Virus record (IMG/VR): IMGVR_UViG_3300013099_000024
Coordinates: 1-55,286 of that record
DNA length: 55,286 nt
From: a virus
Taxonomy: Duplodnaviria > Caudoviricetes
Strand: one strand, 5' to 3'
Positions 1 through 10,383 of this stretch are shown here, one piece after another. The position numbers and the translations under genes are program-made. Under the pieces are notes generated by a model that saw only the letters and a program-made list of their open reading frames with translations, was not told the DNA's origin and did not search any database. The stretch's first letter is position 1. Each line of letters opens with the position of its first letter.

Positions 1-21
1 GGCTTTGGAGGAGGTGTCGTA

Positions 22-3000
22 ATGAAGGATTGGAGGAATTATGATCCACGGAGTATTCCTGACGATGAGTTACTATTTGATCATGCGATTGTTCACAGTT
101 GGTGGAATAATCCGAAGCTACGGCCTGTAGGGTGTACTGAGGAAGACGTCAAGCGTTTACATGACATGATCGTCCGCGAAATGGAACGCAGAGGAATGAA
201 GCATGATAGTCCGCTGAAGTTTGCAGATGTGAATTCCTTCCGCAATGAGCCAATGGGGAGAGAGGTTTCGTTGGAGGAGGTACTGAAGTATTTCAAGGAG
301 CCGATTGTCATCAGTCGTGGGTTTGTTACGTTAGTCGGTGGCCTTCCGAATCGTGGGAAGACAGATGGTGACATTGATATTCTCATCAGATGGCCAGAGA
401 ACACACCCGATGAGGTAGTTCATCCGATACGGTTTAGGTTGGGTAGAGCGTTGCCTGCTGAGTTGTCGAAGAGGGTGCAGTTCTTGATGGATAAGTATCA
501 TGGACCTTTTACGAGTCATGTGCCATTATACGATTTAGTACTAGTACCAGCGCAGCAACAGCTTGTGGCTATGTCTGTCGATGAGATCAAGGGCATCCTT
601 GACGAGAAGACAAGATCGATTTTCTTGGATCATATGGATATCCAGAACATACAAGTCTTGGTAGTTCCGTTTGCTGGTACAGGATTGTTCATTCATGATG
701 CGTTGAAGAGAAATCCGAATCTGGTAGTGTATGCCAACGATTTTGCTAGTTGGTCTCGTGTATGTCTGAAGAGCCTGCTGTTGGGAGTTGAGGAAGACAT
801 CGAACATGTGAAGGAGAAGTACGGATTGAAGGGTTATCCGAATTACGCTGTTATTCTAGCACTGGTCAAGTGGTTTAACGAAGGGAAAGAAGGTGACCTG
901 AAGCAATATGCGGAGTATTTTGCGCAAAAGTATAAACCGCTGAATGCGAAAAATGTGCACATCTTCCAGATGGATGCACGCGAATTTGTGAAGCAGGTCG
1001 AAGGTGACATTGCGTTCGTCAACCCGCCGAAGATGACAAGGAGAGGTGAAACGCTGTGGAAGAAGTTTGATGAGCTCGATTCGTTGATTGAAGGAAAACC
1101 GATCGCCCGAGAGCATGATTTAGATCTAGATCAGTTGTTGGGCGATGTAATCAAGAATCTAAGAGTGAAGAAGGTTTACGTCAATACGATCCGTGGAGGG
1201 AAGCCATCAGTTAGTAGGTTCAGTCATCAGGAGATTATCAAGGTAGGTCGTGATACTCTGTCATTGATCAACAAGGAGGACGATACGACTCCAAAAGTGG
1301 TTCTCGCCACGATATGTGGCAAGACGAAGGCAGACATCGATTACGGCTACCCACATGAGCTATGGGGAGAGAAGGAAGAGGTCAGTGAGTTACATAAGAC
1401 AGGATTGCCGTATGCAGTGATCAGCTATCGATATGGTTTAGCATGGTGGGATACAAAATATCCGTACTATGACGAATGGGAGAGTGAAGGATTACAACCG
1501 CTAATCGAAAAGGCTAAGCGGGCAATGAGACCAGGAGTTCAGGCAATGATAGTGTATCTTAAGAGTTTTCCACATGGACGTAAGATTGTGCACGAATTGC
1601 AGAAGGCATTACCTGATGTGGAGTTCTACGTGGCAACGGATTTGAAGCAGGCGCTAGAACTGTATGAGAAGTTGACTGGTGATGAGGTCGAAGATCCGAG
1701 ACAACAGAAGTTGTTTGAGCTTCGTGATGAGGAGGCCGAGAAGGAGGCTAAGCAGTCACGTGATGAGGACAAGATTGAGCCGCTAAGGTTCTTCTATCCG
1801 CTGAAGGCGACGTTAGGATACCATGAGGGTGAGGTCTATAATCTGGAGCAAATACTGTCGCACTTCAAGTATCCTGAGGACTACCCGGTCGTATGCCAGA
1901 AGAAGTATGATGGACTGAGGATCATATGGATGAGGAAGGGAGATAAAGTAATTGCACGCACCGACGATGGTACAAGATGTGACGACAGATTTCCGACGTT
2001 GGTGAAGATGCTCAAGGAATTACCTATTGATGCCATTGTCCTCGACAGTGAGGTTGAAGGCTGGACAAAAGATGGTGAACACTGGGGTAGAGAGATTACG
2101 GCTGGATATGCGAGAGCTCACGATCAACCAGCGGATGACGCCAATTTTGTTGCCAATGTGTTTGACGTCCTATATGTGGATGGTTTGCCCAAGCACCATG
2201 AGTTGGATATTCATGGAGATTTGCACAAGCAGCCGTATGAGGTACGACTGAGGGTATTGGAATATATCGGGTCATTAGCTGGATGGCAATCGACAGATGA
2301 GGTACCAAAGACTCCGGGTTTCAACATTGTACCGTCGTATTGGTTGAAGAAACCGGATCCAAAGGAGTTGGAGAGAATACTGAAACATATCAGGGATCTG
2401 CCTGGTAGTGAAGGTGCGATGTTGAAGAGTGCGAAGAGTGATTATCCACTAACAGGGCATACCAATCTGTGGTTGAAGTACAAGAAGTCAGCCGACATAC
2501 ATGCAGTAGTCATCGAGAGGTTACCAACGAGGACGGAAGGTGTATACCGCTACAGAGTGGGACTCCTCTTGCCTAGTGGATGGAAGGCTCCGAAGGATGA
2601 GATCAAGGAGATTACGTTGAAGAATGACCAGAAGGTAAAAGTGCTGGATGTTGGAAAGACGTTTAATACCAACAAGAAGCTGGAGCCTGGAGACATTGTG
2701 ACGGTAATGTTTCATACGTTGTTCGTCTACGATGATGGTCGAGTGAAGGTATATGAACCCAAGTTATACGAGGTGAGGCCAGATCAGATCATACCGGATA
2801 CTGTAACGGATGCAATTAGGATTGCGGAAAAGGCAGGAATTCTACAGAGGAAAGAGAGCAAGCAGTTTACAATAGGCGTTAGAGATATGACAGATGAAGA
2901 GTTGATAATGTTACATAGTATGCTTCATTGGCAGTTATGGTTTGGTGATAGTCAGCAGGAAGACTTAGAAGAGTTACATGCAGAGATTGCAGATGAACTT

Positions 3001-5436
3001 GAGGCCAGAGGATACATGCATCTTTCACCTTTATATGACTATTATGGTAATGTGCCCGAAATGCAAGATATTCAGGTAGGAGCAACAGATGGAGTAAGTC
3101 ACGAAGATATGACGAGAAACTTTGCAAAGTACGAAATTCGACAATGGGCAGTAAACTACCTAGCGAGACAAGGTAGGACAGTGGATGTTATTCTTGAGAT
3201 GTTTGGTGGTTATGGTTATTGTACTAAGTGGTACAGGGATGTCTTAGGTGTGAAACCAAAACGGCATATCGTTATGGAGGCTGATTCAGACAAGGTTGCT
3301 ATATTAAAGGAGAAGTTTGGAGACTCGATTGAGGTGATGCAAGGCAATAATGTACACTTACTACAGCAATTGTCTCTGGAGAAGGTCGATATATTGGATG
3401 TGGATCCCTATAACCATGCACATGAACAATTGGAAGTATTTTTGACGTCTTACAAGGGATCTGATCCTGTAGTAGTCGTAGGTACAGAAGGTCGTCTAAT
3501 GATGTTTATACGCAACTTCCGTCTAAACCTGAGGCGTCATTTCTACGTAGAAGATGCACCTGATGAGTTAGTAGAGCTAAGACCATATTTACCTGTATTT
3601 CCGAGAATTTTGCATGAATATCTGAGTAACTTGGCTGCTAAACATGGGTGGACGTTTCAACTTTTGGCGTTTAACTTCTTACCATCAGGTCATAGTTGTT
3701 ATTGGATGGGTGTTTTGACTCGCAAGAAGGCAATGTCGTCGGTACTATATGTAATACCTCATTGTCGGGCCAGTATAGATGTGCAAAAATTCAAGACGGT
3801 TTATCCATGGGAACTTTATAAGAGTGTATGGAATAACAGAATTTATGCTAAGTTAAGACACGAGAACCTACCATTTGCAGTACTGTCGAGTACCTATGGT
3901 ATTTGGTTCTGGGATGAGAGACGTCCACCTGTAAAAGAAGGCGATCCAACGACGGAGAGATTATTGGCAAAGTTCAAGGAGACTGTAGTACGTATTAAGG
4001 AGCGCGGTTTTTCAACGGTGGTATTCATCACTACAGCTGATGTAACTCATCCGTTCATCAAACAAATGCAACAGTTGCTGGATGAATATGGAATCAAGTT
4101 GATAATACGCAGGCCTGAGGAGTTGTCAAGGAAGGCAAGATATGTCATACAGTTTCACTTCCGTGGAGGGTCGGTGCACGCCGACTTGCGAATTGAGAAG
4201 CCTGATGGGGAGGCTCTCGAAGGTTGGACGTTGGCAATCCAGGAGGAGGATGCGTTCGAGAAGGAGGTAATGAAGCACTGGAAGGTTGAGAAGGACGGCA
4301 ACTTGCGCAAGGTCTACTGGGATGGAGAGCTGTATTATGTGTATGATATGAAGAACGATGAGGTTCTCGAGTGGAACAAGAAGTTGGACAAGAAGATCCT
4401 CGAATGGCACAAAAAGGCAGTATTCGAGCATCCCGAATGGTGGAAGATTGATCTCAAGACTGGTAAGCCGAAGGAAAGACCACCAGGTGAAGGTGTTGAC
4501 AGCAAGAGACCAGTTGTGGAAAAGATCTGGGCCACGAAGAAGCAAGATGAACCTGAGGAATGGTTAGAAGTAGAGGGAGTCTATCCTCCCAGAGAAATTG
4601 AACCGGTTCCCGGTGGTACTCGATTCTGGCCAGGTATTTTTGTGTTAGTAGACAAAGGCACAGTGGAGTATGGAGCTCAGAAGTCCTACTTCAAGGAGTA
4701 CTTCTTCCATGGTAAGGTTCTCAAGGGTCGTTATGTTGTTAGACTTGTGAATCGCAATGGTAAGATGCAATGGTTGTTCTGGAAGACGGACGATGAGCTG
4801 CCATACGTCATCAGTAAGCGGGCAGTCCAGATAGGTTGGATGCCTCCGAAGGGTGAATCGGCATTGCCTGAGGAATGGGAGAAGAAAGTTCCGAAGGAGT
4901 TAAGATGGTGGGAGACTGACGATTCGAAGGAGGCTAGGAGGAGGCGCGATGAGTTCGCGAAGATGGTGTGGGAGAAGAAGCTGGCGAAAACACCCGATTG
5001 GAAGTCAGTCAAGAGATGGTTGCTGCAGTATCAATGGTGGAGAGGTCCAATAATTGTCAGAAGAGGGCCGACGAGACAGAGGTATTACATGCGATTGATC
5101 AACAATCAGGGTGCGATCGAGATTGAGATGGAGAGCGATCCAAGGGAAGGTAAGACGCCTGCCATAATACGGGTAGTCGATTACGACGAGTTCTGGGATG
5201 TAGGTAAAGACGACATTGTGGAAGTGTCACCTGGAACGCCATACAATCAGACGAAAGCTACACCCAGCTATCTGATTACGCTGGATAGTGGTAAGGCCAA
5301 AGTTCTCGAGGCAGACCCGATGGTGATTAAGATCGATCTTGGGGAAAATCGCACATTTATGATGGTAAGAAGTAGTCCTGATGAAGATGTCTGGGAGGCT
5401 TGGATTGATTACGGTAGTCCGGAGGTGAAGGAGTGA
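22..5436 (+). CDS. 1804-aa multidomain protein: PolB(beta)-type NTase, MTase-like x2, DUF6884-like x2, ATP-dependent DNA ligase, LigD-type 3'-phosphoesterase
   Basis: LVGG..GDIDILIR; PFAGTG..NPPK; ligase motifs KKYDGLR, LDSEV, VFDVL, EGAMLK, WLKYKK; EMFGGYG..DVDPY; YVIQFH..VHADLRIE; RBS GGAGGTG. Confidence 0.8.
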   Translation: MKDWRNYDPRSIPDDELLFDHAIVHSWWNNPKLRPVGCTEEDVKRLHDMIVREMERRGMKHDSPLKFADVNSFRNEPMGREVSLEEVLKYFKEPIVISRGFVTLVGGLPNRGKTDGDIDILIRWPENTPDEVVHPIRFRLGRALPAELSKRVQFLMDKYHGPFTSHVPLYDLVLVPAQQQLVAMSVDEIKGILDEKTRSIFLDHMDIQNIQVLVVPFAGTGLFIHDALKRNPNLVVYANDFASWSRVCLKSLLLGVEEDIEHVKEKYGLKGYPNYAVILALVKWFNEGKEGDLKQYAEYFAQKYKPLNAKNVHIFQMDAREFVKQVEGDIAFVNPPKMTRRGETLWKKFDELDSLIEGKPIAREHDLDLDQLLGDVIKNLRVKKVYVNTIRGGKPSVSRFSHQEIIKVGRDTLSLINKEDDTTPKVVLATICGKTKADIDYGYPHELWGEKEEVSELHKTGLPYAVISYRYGLAWWDTKYPYYDEWESEGLQPLIEKAKRAMRPGVQAMIVYLKSFPHGRKIVHELQKALPDVEFYVATDLKQALELYEKLTGDEVEDPRQQKLFELRDEEAEKEAKQSRDEDKIEPLRFFYPLKATLGYHEGEVYNLEQILSHFKYPEDYPVVCQKKYDGLRIIWMRKGDKVIARTDDGTRCDDRFPTLVKMLKELPIDAIVLDSEVEGWTKDGEHWGREITAGYARAHDQPADDANFVANVFDVLYVDGLPKHHELDIHGDLHKQPYEVRLRVLEYIGSLAGWQSTDEVPKTPGFNIVPSYWLKKPDPKELERILKHIRDLPGSEGAMLKSAKSDYPLTGHTNLWLKYKKSADIHAVVIERLPTRTEGVYRYRVGLLLPSGWKAPKDEIKEITLKNDQKVKVLDVGKTFNTNKKLEPGDIVTVMFHTLFVYDDGRVKVYEPKLYEVRPDQIIPDTVTDAIRIAEKAGILQRKESKQFTIGVRDMTDEELIMLHSMLHWQLWFGDSQQEDLEELHAEIADELEARGYMHLSPLYDYYGNVPEMQDIQVGATDGVSHEDMTRNFAKYEIRQWAVNYLARQGRTVDVILEMFGGYGYCTKWYRDVLGVKPKRHIVMEADSDKVAILKEKFGDSIEVMQGNNVHLLQQLSLEKVDILDVDPYNHAHEQLEVFLTSYKGSDPVVVVGTEGRLMMFIRNFRLNLRRHFYVEDAPDELVELRPYLPVFPRILHEYLSNLAAKHGWTFQLLAFNFLPSGHSCYWMGVLTRKKAMSSVLYVIPHCRASIDVQKFKTVYPWELYKSVWNNRIYAKLRHENLPFAVLSSTYGIWFWDERRPPVKEGDPTTERLLAKFKETVVRIKERGFSTVVFITTADVTHPFIKQMQQLLDEYGIKLIIRRPEELSRKARYVIQFHFRGGSVHADLRIEKPDGEALEGWTLAIQEEDAFEKEVMKHWKVEKDGNLRKVYWDGELYYVYDMKNDEVLEWNKKLDKKILEWHKKAVFEHPEWWKIDLKTGKPKERPPGEGVDSKRPVVEKIWATKKQDEPEEWLEVEGVYPPREIEPVPGGTRFWPGIFVLVDKGTVEYGAQKSYFKEYFFHGKVLKGRYVVRLVNRNGKMQWLFWKTDDELPYVISKRAVQIGWMPPKGESALPEEWEKKVPKELRWWETDDSKEARRRRDEFAKMVWEKKLAKTPDWKSVKRWLLQYQWWRGPIIVRRGPTRQRYYMRLINNQGAIEIEMESDPREGKTPAIIRVVDYDEFWDVGKDDIVEVSPGTPYNQTKATPSYLITLDSGKAKVLEADPMVIKIDLGENRTFMMVRSSPDEDVWEAWIDYGSPEVKE

Positions 5437-6455
5437 TGCGATATGAGTCATTGGAGAAGGTCCAATTTGAGCCTGCTGGAGAAGTGCTACAAGTACAGGG
5501 AGTGCTCATTCATCCAGGCACATTTACTGGGTTGGATGGAAAGCCAGTGACGTTTACGAAGGAGGCAATCGAGGAGATTGCAGAAAACATAGATGGAAAT
5601 GTACCACTGAAGATTACACATTTCAGTGACAAAATCATAGGTTATGCAACACACTTCAGTCTGGATGATAAGACGAGTGAATTGAAGTTCAAGGGTTACG
5701 TCTTTGATGAGGACGCAATTGAGAAGATCCGTAATGATGGTTACGACAACATCTCGGGTGAGTTTGATGTCGATGTAGATGGAGATGGTAAAGTAGTAGG
5801 AGGTGTGTTAAAGGCAATCGCATTTGTTACGAATCCGGCTGTTCCGGATGCACATATTGAAGAGGCAAAGTCTGTAGCTTTATCGAAAGGAGGTGATGAT
5901 ATGGGTGAAGAGGTAGAGATGGCTAAGGATGAGAGACCCACAAAGGATGAGTTCTTGGCATATATCGAAGGGAAGTTAGTTGAAGCGGGTCTAGGTAAGG
6001 AAGCTATACAGAAGGTCATGAAGGTTCTCAAGGATGCCATCAAGGTGCCATATCCGTATCCATATCCACAGCCTGCGGCGATGAGTGAGGGAGAGGTGAC
6101 TGATATAAAGGAATACGAGAAGAAGCTGTCTGAGTATGAGACTGAAATTGAGAGACTAAGCAAGGAGCTCGAGGAGTATAAGACCAAGTTCGCAGAGATC
6201 AAGGAGAAGGAGTTGAAGACACTCGTTGACGAGCTCAAGAAGTTAGGACTCAGCAATCCGGAGGCCATTGTGGAGGGCATTGAGAATGTTGAGCAGAAGA
6301 TTGCGATTCTACAGAGGATCAAGGAGAATCTAGCCTTAAGCAGGCCTGCGGAGGAGGAGAGTGTTAAGGTTGTCGCAGAAGAGGAAGACGAAACGAAGGC
6401 TTTAGCCAAGGCATTTGGATTAAATGAGGAGGAAGTTAAGGAGATATTCGGTTAA
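5433..6455 (+). CDS. Prohead protease with C-terminal scaffold
   Basis: LIHPGTF, PLKITH, ISGEF, AIAFVTNPAV; coiled-coil C-terminus; YPYPYP linker; position before MCP. Confidence 0.8.
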   Translation: MMRYESLEKVQFEPAGEVLQVQGVLIHPGTFTGLDGKPVTFTKEAIEEIAENIDGNVPLKITHFSDKIIGYATHFSLDDKTSELKFKGYVFDEDAIEKIRNDGYDNISGEFDVDVDGDGKVVGGVLKAIAFVTNPAVPDAHIEEAKSVALSKGGDDMGEEVEMAKDERPTKDEFLAYIEGKLVEAGLGKEAIQKVMKVLKDAIKVPYPYPYPQPAAMSEGEVTDIKEYEKKLSEYETEIERLSKELEEYKTKFAEIKEKELKTLVDELKKLGLSNPEAIVEGIENVEQKIAILQRIKENLALSRPAEEESVKVVAEEEDETKALAKAFGLNEEEVKEIFG

Positions 6456-6470
6456 GGAGGTGACTGATGT

Positions 6471-6884
6471 ATGGCAGTTGGATGCGTGATAAATGATGCA
6501 AACATTGTGCCTTTCGTCACGGAGGATGCTCTGGATAGCGCTGGATATGTTCTTACTACTGGATCTGCTGAGGGCAAGGTTAAGAAGGCTGCTGCTGGTG
6601 ATGTAGTGGTTGGTGTTGCATTCAAGGATACCAAGAACATGGATGGTACTCCGCAAGCTAACGTGGAGGTTGGTGTATTCATCAAAAGAGGCGCAGTTGT
6701 CTATCTCAAGCTTGCACCCGACAACCAGGAGGTCTACTATGGTGCTCCACTATGCATTGACAATGTCACTGCAGGTACGGTTGACTATAGAGATGGTACC
6801 AACGAGACAGGTGACGTAATTGCCATCGCTCTGGAGGCTAAGGCTGCGAATGATGGTGGTCTGATAAAAGCACTCCTACTGTAA
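6471..6884 (+). CDS. Capsid decoration/cement protein
   Basis: Small G/A/V-rich beta protein ending IAIALEAKAANDGGLIKALLL, between protease and MCP. Confidence 0.65.
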   Translation: MAVGCVINDANIVPFVTEDALDSAGYVLTTGSAEGKVKKAAAGDVVVGVAFKDTKNMDGTPQANVEVGVFIKRGAVVYLKLAPDNQEVYYGAPLCIDNVTAGTVDYRDGTNETGDVIAIALEAKAANDGGLIKALLL

Positions 6885-6898
6885 TGGAGGTGAGATAA

Positions 6899-7759
6899 AT
6901 GGTATTAGGTGTTACGGTTTCTGATCCTGAGTTGAGGAAGATATCGGCCATACAGAAGGCAATCTTCAGAAAGGCAGAGGAACTTCTGGTTGGGAAGAAT
7001 GCCGTCCCCATTCAGAGGATTAAGAGTTTAGACATCAGGCTTGCAATTCCTAAGGCCAACTACATCGAGGCCAAGAAGGTTGCTGAGGGTGCAGTTGCGG
7101 ATGTCGAAACAATCGAATGGTTCCAGGCTAACTTTAGCATGGAGAAATGGCAGAACAGGGTGCGTGTCACTGACGAGGCTATTGCCAGGAATGCACTTGC
7201 AAATCAGCTCAGACTAAGCATTGATTCGGCAGCCAAAGGTCTGCAGATTGCCAAAGACAAGGAGATCTTCGCTACACTCCTCGACGGTGCTGGACAATCA
7301 ATACCTGCATCAGCTGCATGGAATGCTTCGGGTGCAACACCTGAGGATGATGTTGCTGCAGCAATACAGGCAATTATGGAGAATACGGTCATAACGGATG
7401 CTGATCTCAAGAACATGAATCTCTTTGTACCAGCTGGACTCATGGGTTATCTGAAGAAGAGAGTTGAGATTGCTAACATGCAGGTTCCTCTGGAGAAAGC
7501 GCTTCAGGAAGAATTCGGCATCAATATCTTCTACACTAAGAACTTGACAACTGATGCCTTACTGGTTATCAAGAGCAATGAGACTGCCATCCACTTCGAG
7601 TACAATGGTACTGATATAAAGACAACCGAGGAAGTCAGAATTCCTGGTGTTGGTACAGATTACATAATTACTCAGTACTTCAAGACGATTGTCATCCCAG
7701 ACGACGAAACTGTGACTACGTCAAGTAGGATCTGTAAGATAACGGGAGTTAAGGCATAA
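6899..7759 (+). CDS. Major capsid protein (HK97 fold)
   Basis: 286 aa; KVAEGA and KDKEIF patterns; synteny; strong RBS; T-tract after stop. Confidence 0.8.
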   Translation: MVLGVTVSDPELRKISAIQKAIFRKAEELLVGKNAVPIQRIKSLDIRLAIPKANYIEAKKVAEGAVADVETIEWFQANFSMEKWQNRVRVTDEAIARNALANQLRLSIDSAAKGLQIAKDKEIFATLLDGAGQSIPASAAWNASGATPEDDVAAAIQAIMENTVITDADLKNMNLFVPAGLMGYLKKRVEIANMQVPLEKALQEEFGINIFYTKNLTTDALLVIKSNETAIHFEYNGTDIKTTEEVRIPGVGTDYIITQYFKTIVIPDDETVTTSSRICKITGVKA

Positions 7760-7761
7760 TT

Positions 7762-8160
7762 ATGACGTTTGATCCTTCTCTTATTTTTTCGGTGCGCAGA
7801 GAATTGAATGATGTACCTGAGGACTATTTGTCGGATGAGGTTATTTATCAGGCACTTTCGCAAGCAGACGCATACCTGAACAAAGTTTTGGATCCTGATG
7901 TAGATGAAGTTTATCGTCAACATTGTTTGGTGGTCGTAGCAGCCTATTTTGCCTACGTCAAATACGTGGCATCCGTCGAGCGTGGACTCGGGAGTATTCC
8001 AGCGACATCGGCAGAGAGGTTGAGAGCACTAAGAGAGTTGGCAGTTGCACTGGTTAGGGTTGTTTCGAGGTTCAACATTCGAGATGACCTCAGTATTGAC
8101 GATGCGGTCGTTGGTAGTGCGATAGCAGTAGGCCTAACAGAGAGTGTTTTAGATGGTTGA
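7762..8160 (+). CDS. Head-tail adaptor
   Basis: VRREL..D..LSDEVI..AL pattern; follows MCP. Confidence 0.65.
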   Translation: MTFDPSLIFSVRRELNDVPEDYLSDEVIYQALSQADAYLNKVLDPDVDEVYRQHCLVVVAAYFAYVKYVASVERGLGSIPATSAERLRALRELAVALVRVVSRFNIRDDLSIDDAVVGSAIAVGLTESVLDG

Positions 8161-8776
8161 GTTTATTTTACGTCCTATTTATCGTTTAGATTTGACGCAG
8201 TATCGTTTAGTCATGAAAATGTTGTTCCGTCTCGAGAAAAAGGACTGGGCTCGATTACGTAAGGCAGCAGGTCGCGGTTTAGTGAAGGCTTGGCAAGAGG
8301 CCGTTAAGAGGTCGAACATCCAGGAGCGCACGGGGTGGTTGTCGAGATCAGCGCGTTTTAGGTCGGTAGGAAAGTATGAAGTCGAGTTAGTCGTTATCGC
8401 ACATTATGCTCCAGCTTTATATTATGGAGCTAATCCATCACCCGGTAGGTATGTACCATACATGCCGTGTATTGGTAGAGGAGCAAGGCTAGTGAATCCT
8501 TGGAGACGAGTAAAAGTCAAGTTAAGGGAATATGTACCTGGATTGATTAAGCCTTCAGGTATTTCGATAGCTACCTACAAGCGATGGAAGCGAGGAGTTA
8601 AGAGAGGTCGTTGGCCCGTTGGTTGGAAGATCGTACAATACGATATTGGCATACATCCTGGTATTAATGCGAGGAAGTTGGGGTTGAGGAGAGAATTTGA
8701 GTATCTGGCACCTATTTATGCTGGTGTAAATGTAATCCGCACCACTGAACGTATCACTGGGGTGAAACTGGTATGA
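8153..8776 (+). CDS. Putative neck/tail completion protein (HK97 gp10-like)
   Basis: Basic; RTGWLSRS..HYAPALYYG resembles the TG.LR.S..YA..VEYG pattern. Confidence 0.55.
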   Translation: MVEFILRPIYRLDLTQYRLVMKMLFRLEKKDWARLRKAAGRGLVKAWQEAVKRSNIQERTGWLSRSARFRSVGKYEVELVVIAHYAPALYYGANPSPGRYVPYMPCIGRGARLVNPWRRVKVKLREYVPGLIKPSGISIATYKRWKRGVKRGRWPVGWKIVQYDIGIHPGINARKLGLRREFEYLAPIYAGVNVIRTTERITGVKLV

Positions 8777-9138
8777 TGTCACAAATGTTGAAGGATGTTG
8801 TAGAGGCATTAGAAGCCGCTCACTTTAAGGTAAATTTGAAACCTCAAGAAAAGTTGGATCCATACAAAGAGTTAGTGGTAGATGTTAACGACATCTCAAT
8901 TGAGGTTGAAACTCCTCACACCTATATCATTACCTTACGATTATTCATCACATTTATTGCCATAGATCGTGCACGATTGCTGGATGTCATCGAAACTATT
9001 ATCCAGGCCATCGAAAAACATGGAGTTCCAAGTGCCGATAGCTACCAAATTACCGACGTCATGATCGACGTACCCGGTGAATTTGTAGTGGCAACAATTA
9101 GTGTTGACATAAGGGGGGTGATGTCTGTTGGTAATTAG
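8773..9138 (+). CDS. Putative tail terminator
   Basis: Size and position before tail tube gene. Confidence 0.45.
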   Translation: MMSQMLKDVVEALEAAHFKVNLKPQEKLDPYKELVVDVNDISIEVETPHTYIITLRLFITFIAIDRARLLDVIETIIQAIEKHGVPSADSYQITDVMIDVPGEFVVATISVDIRGVMSVGN

Positions 9139-10051
9139 TAGATATGTGAAGGTTGGAATGGAAGATACATTTGGTGTCGCAGTGACTCCAACTCGAGGAG
9201 TGAGGGTGCAATCAGTGGAACCTAACATTGATAGACAGCCAATTTTTGATGAGACGATCGAGGACTTTCTACCACCTGATGCTGTTGGAGGACCGCTGAA
9301 GGTTGGTCTGTCGATGGAGTTGGTGGCAAGGCCGAATCAGATTACGGAGATTCTGCAGGCACTGATGGGAAGTTCAACAGTGACCTCAACTAGTGAAGAC
9401 GTGTACAAATGGGACTTTACGTTAGGCACTCCGCAATCGATGACGGTTGAGGTTGGAGATCCGTATGAGACATTACAGATCTATGGTGTAGGCGTCAACA
9501 GTGTGGAGTTTACATTCGAGGCCAGGGAGTTTGTGAAGATGTCAGTAGATTGCATTGCCAAGAACTATAAGCAGTCTTCGTTTTCGGAACCAACATACTC
9601 CAATGATAAGCCGTTTGTCTTCTATGAAGCACAGCTACGTGTCGATGGATCCAAAGTAGCAGGTACAAAGAGTGTGTCATTGACGGTTGATAGAGGTATT
9701 GCAGACGACGAATATGTGTTGGACGATTTCACACTCAATGCTCTACGACCAGAGAGAACAGAGATTACGGGAAGAATGACATTAACGGAAGACGAGATTG
9801 CAGAACTGAGAAGAGCACTATATGGCTCTACAACTGCTTCCTCGATCGGGCCAACGAATGACGTGGGTTCTGTGCAGTTGACGATCGTGTGTGATAGGGG
9901 TGACTACCAACTGAAACTTAATGCACCTATTGCCGTGTATACGACAGGTTCATACAGTGTCTCAGGGCGCGATAGGATTGATCGTGAGATTGAGTTCAAG
10001 GTGGTTGGAGATTTCACGATAACGTTGGTTAACAATGTCCCGGAGGTTTGA
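9128..10051 (+). CDS. Major tail tube protein
   Basis: YVKVGMEDTFG N-terminus, beta-rich, precedes chaperone and tape measure. Confidence 0.75.
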   Translation: MVISRYVKVGMEDTFGVAVTPTRGVRVQSVEPNIDRQPIFDETIEDFLPPDAVGGPLKVGLSMELVARPNQITEILQALMGSSTVTSTSEDVYKWDFTLGTPQSMTVEVGDPYETLQIYGVGVNSVEFTFEAREFVKMSVDCIAKNYKQSSFSEPTYSNDKPFVFYEAQLRVDGSKVAGTKSVSLTVDRGIADDEYVLDDFTLNALRPERTEITGRMTLTEDEIAELRRALYGSTTASSIGPTNDVGSVQLTIVCDRGDYQLKLNAPIAVYTTGSYSVSGRDRIDREIEFKVVGDFTITLVNNVPEV

Positions 10052-10383
10052 TGAATATGAAGGTCATTGAAGTCGAAACGGCCAGTGGAGTGTATAAGGT
10101 CAAGAAGCCGGTAGGCCGAATTGGCGCGGTCCATATGAGTATTATGATGAAAGTCAATATGCCTAAAGGTGAACCCGAAGATTGGGGCGAACAACAGGTG
10201 CAAGCCTATTTGGAGAGCACCTCAAAGGTCTTCCTGGAATGGGCCGAAAAGGTTTTGCCACATATCTATGTAGATGGGCCATTCAAACCCGAGGAAATGC
10301 CAGGCGAAGATCAGTTTGTCATCTTCCTCAGTTTAGCTCAGGAGGTTCAGATGCCACAGAGTTTGTTTCAATCTTCCCCATGA
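10048..10383 (+). CDS. Tail assembly chaperone (gpG-like)
   Basis: Between tail tube and tape measure genes. Confidence 0.65.
   Translation: MMNMKVIEVETASGVYKVKKPVGRIGAVHMSIMMKVNMPKGEPEDWGEQQVQAYLESTSKVFLEWAEKVLPHIYVDGPFKPEEMPGEDQFVIFLSLAQEVQMPQSLFQSSP

Noticed and set aside
5741-6409. 222-aa minus ORF (also 10830-11453)
   Set aside because: Antisense shadows of the protease and tape measure genes
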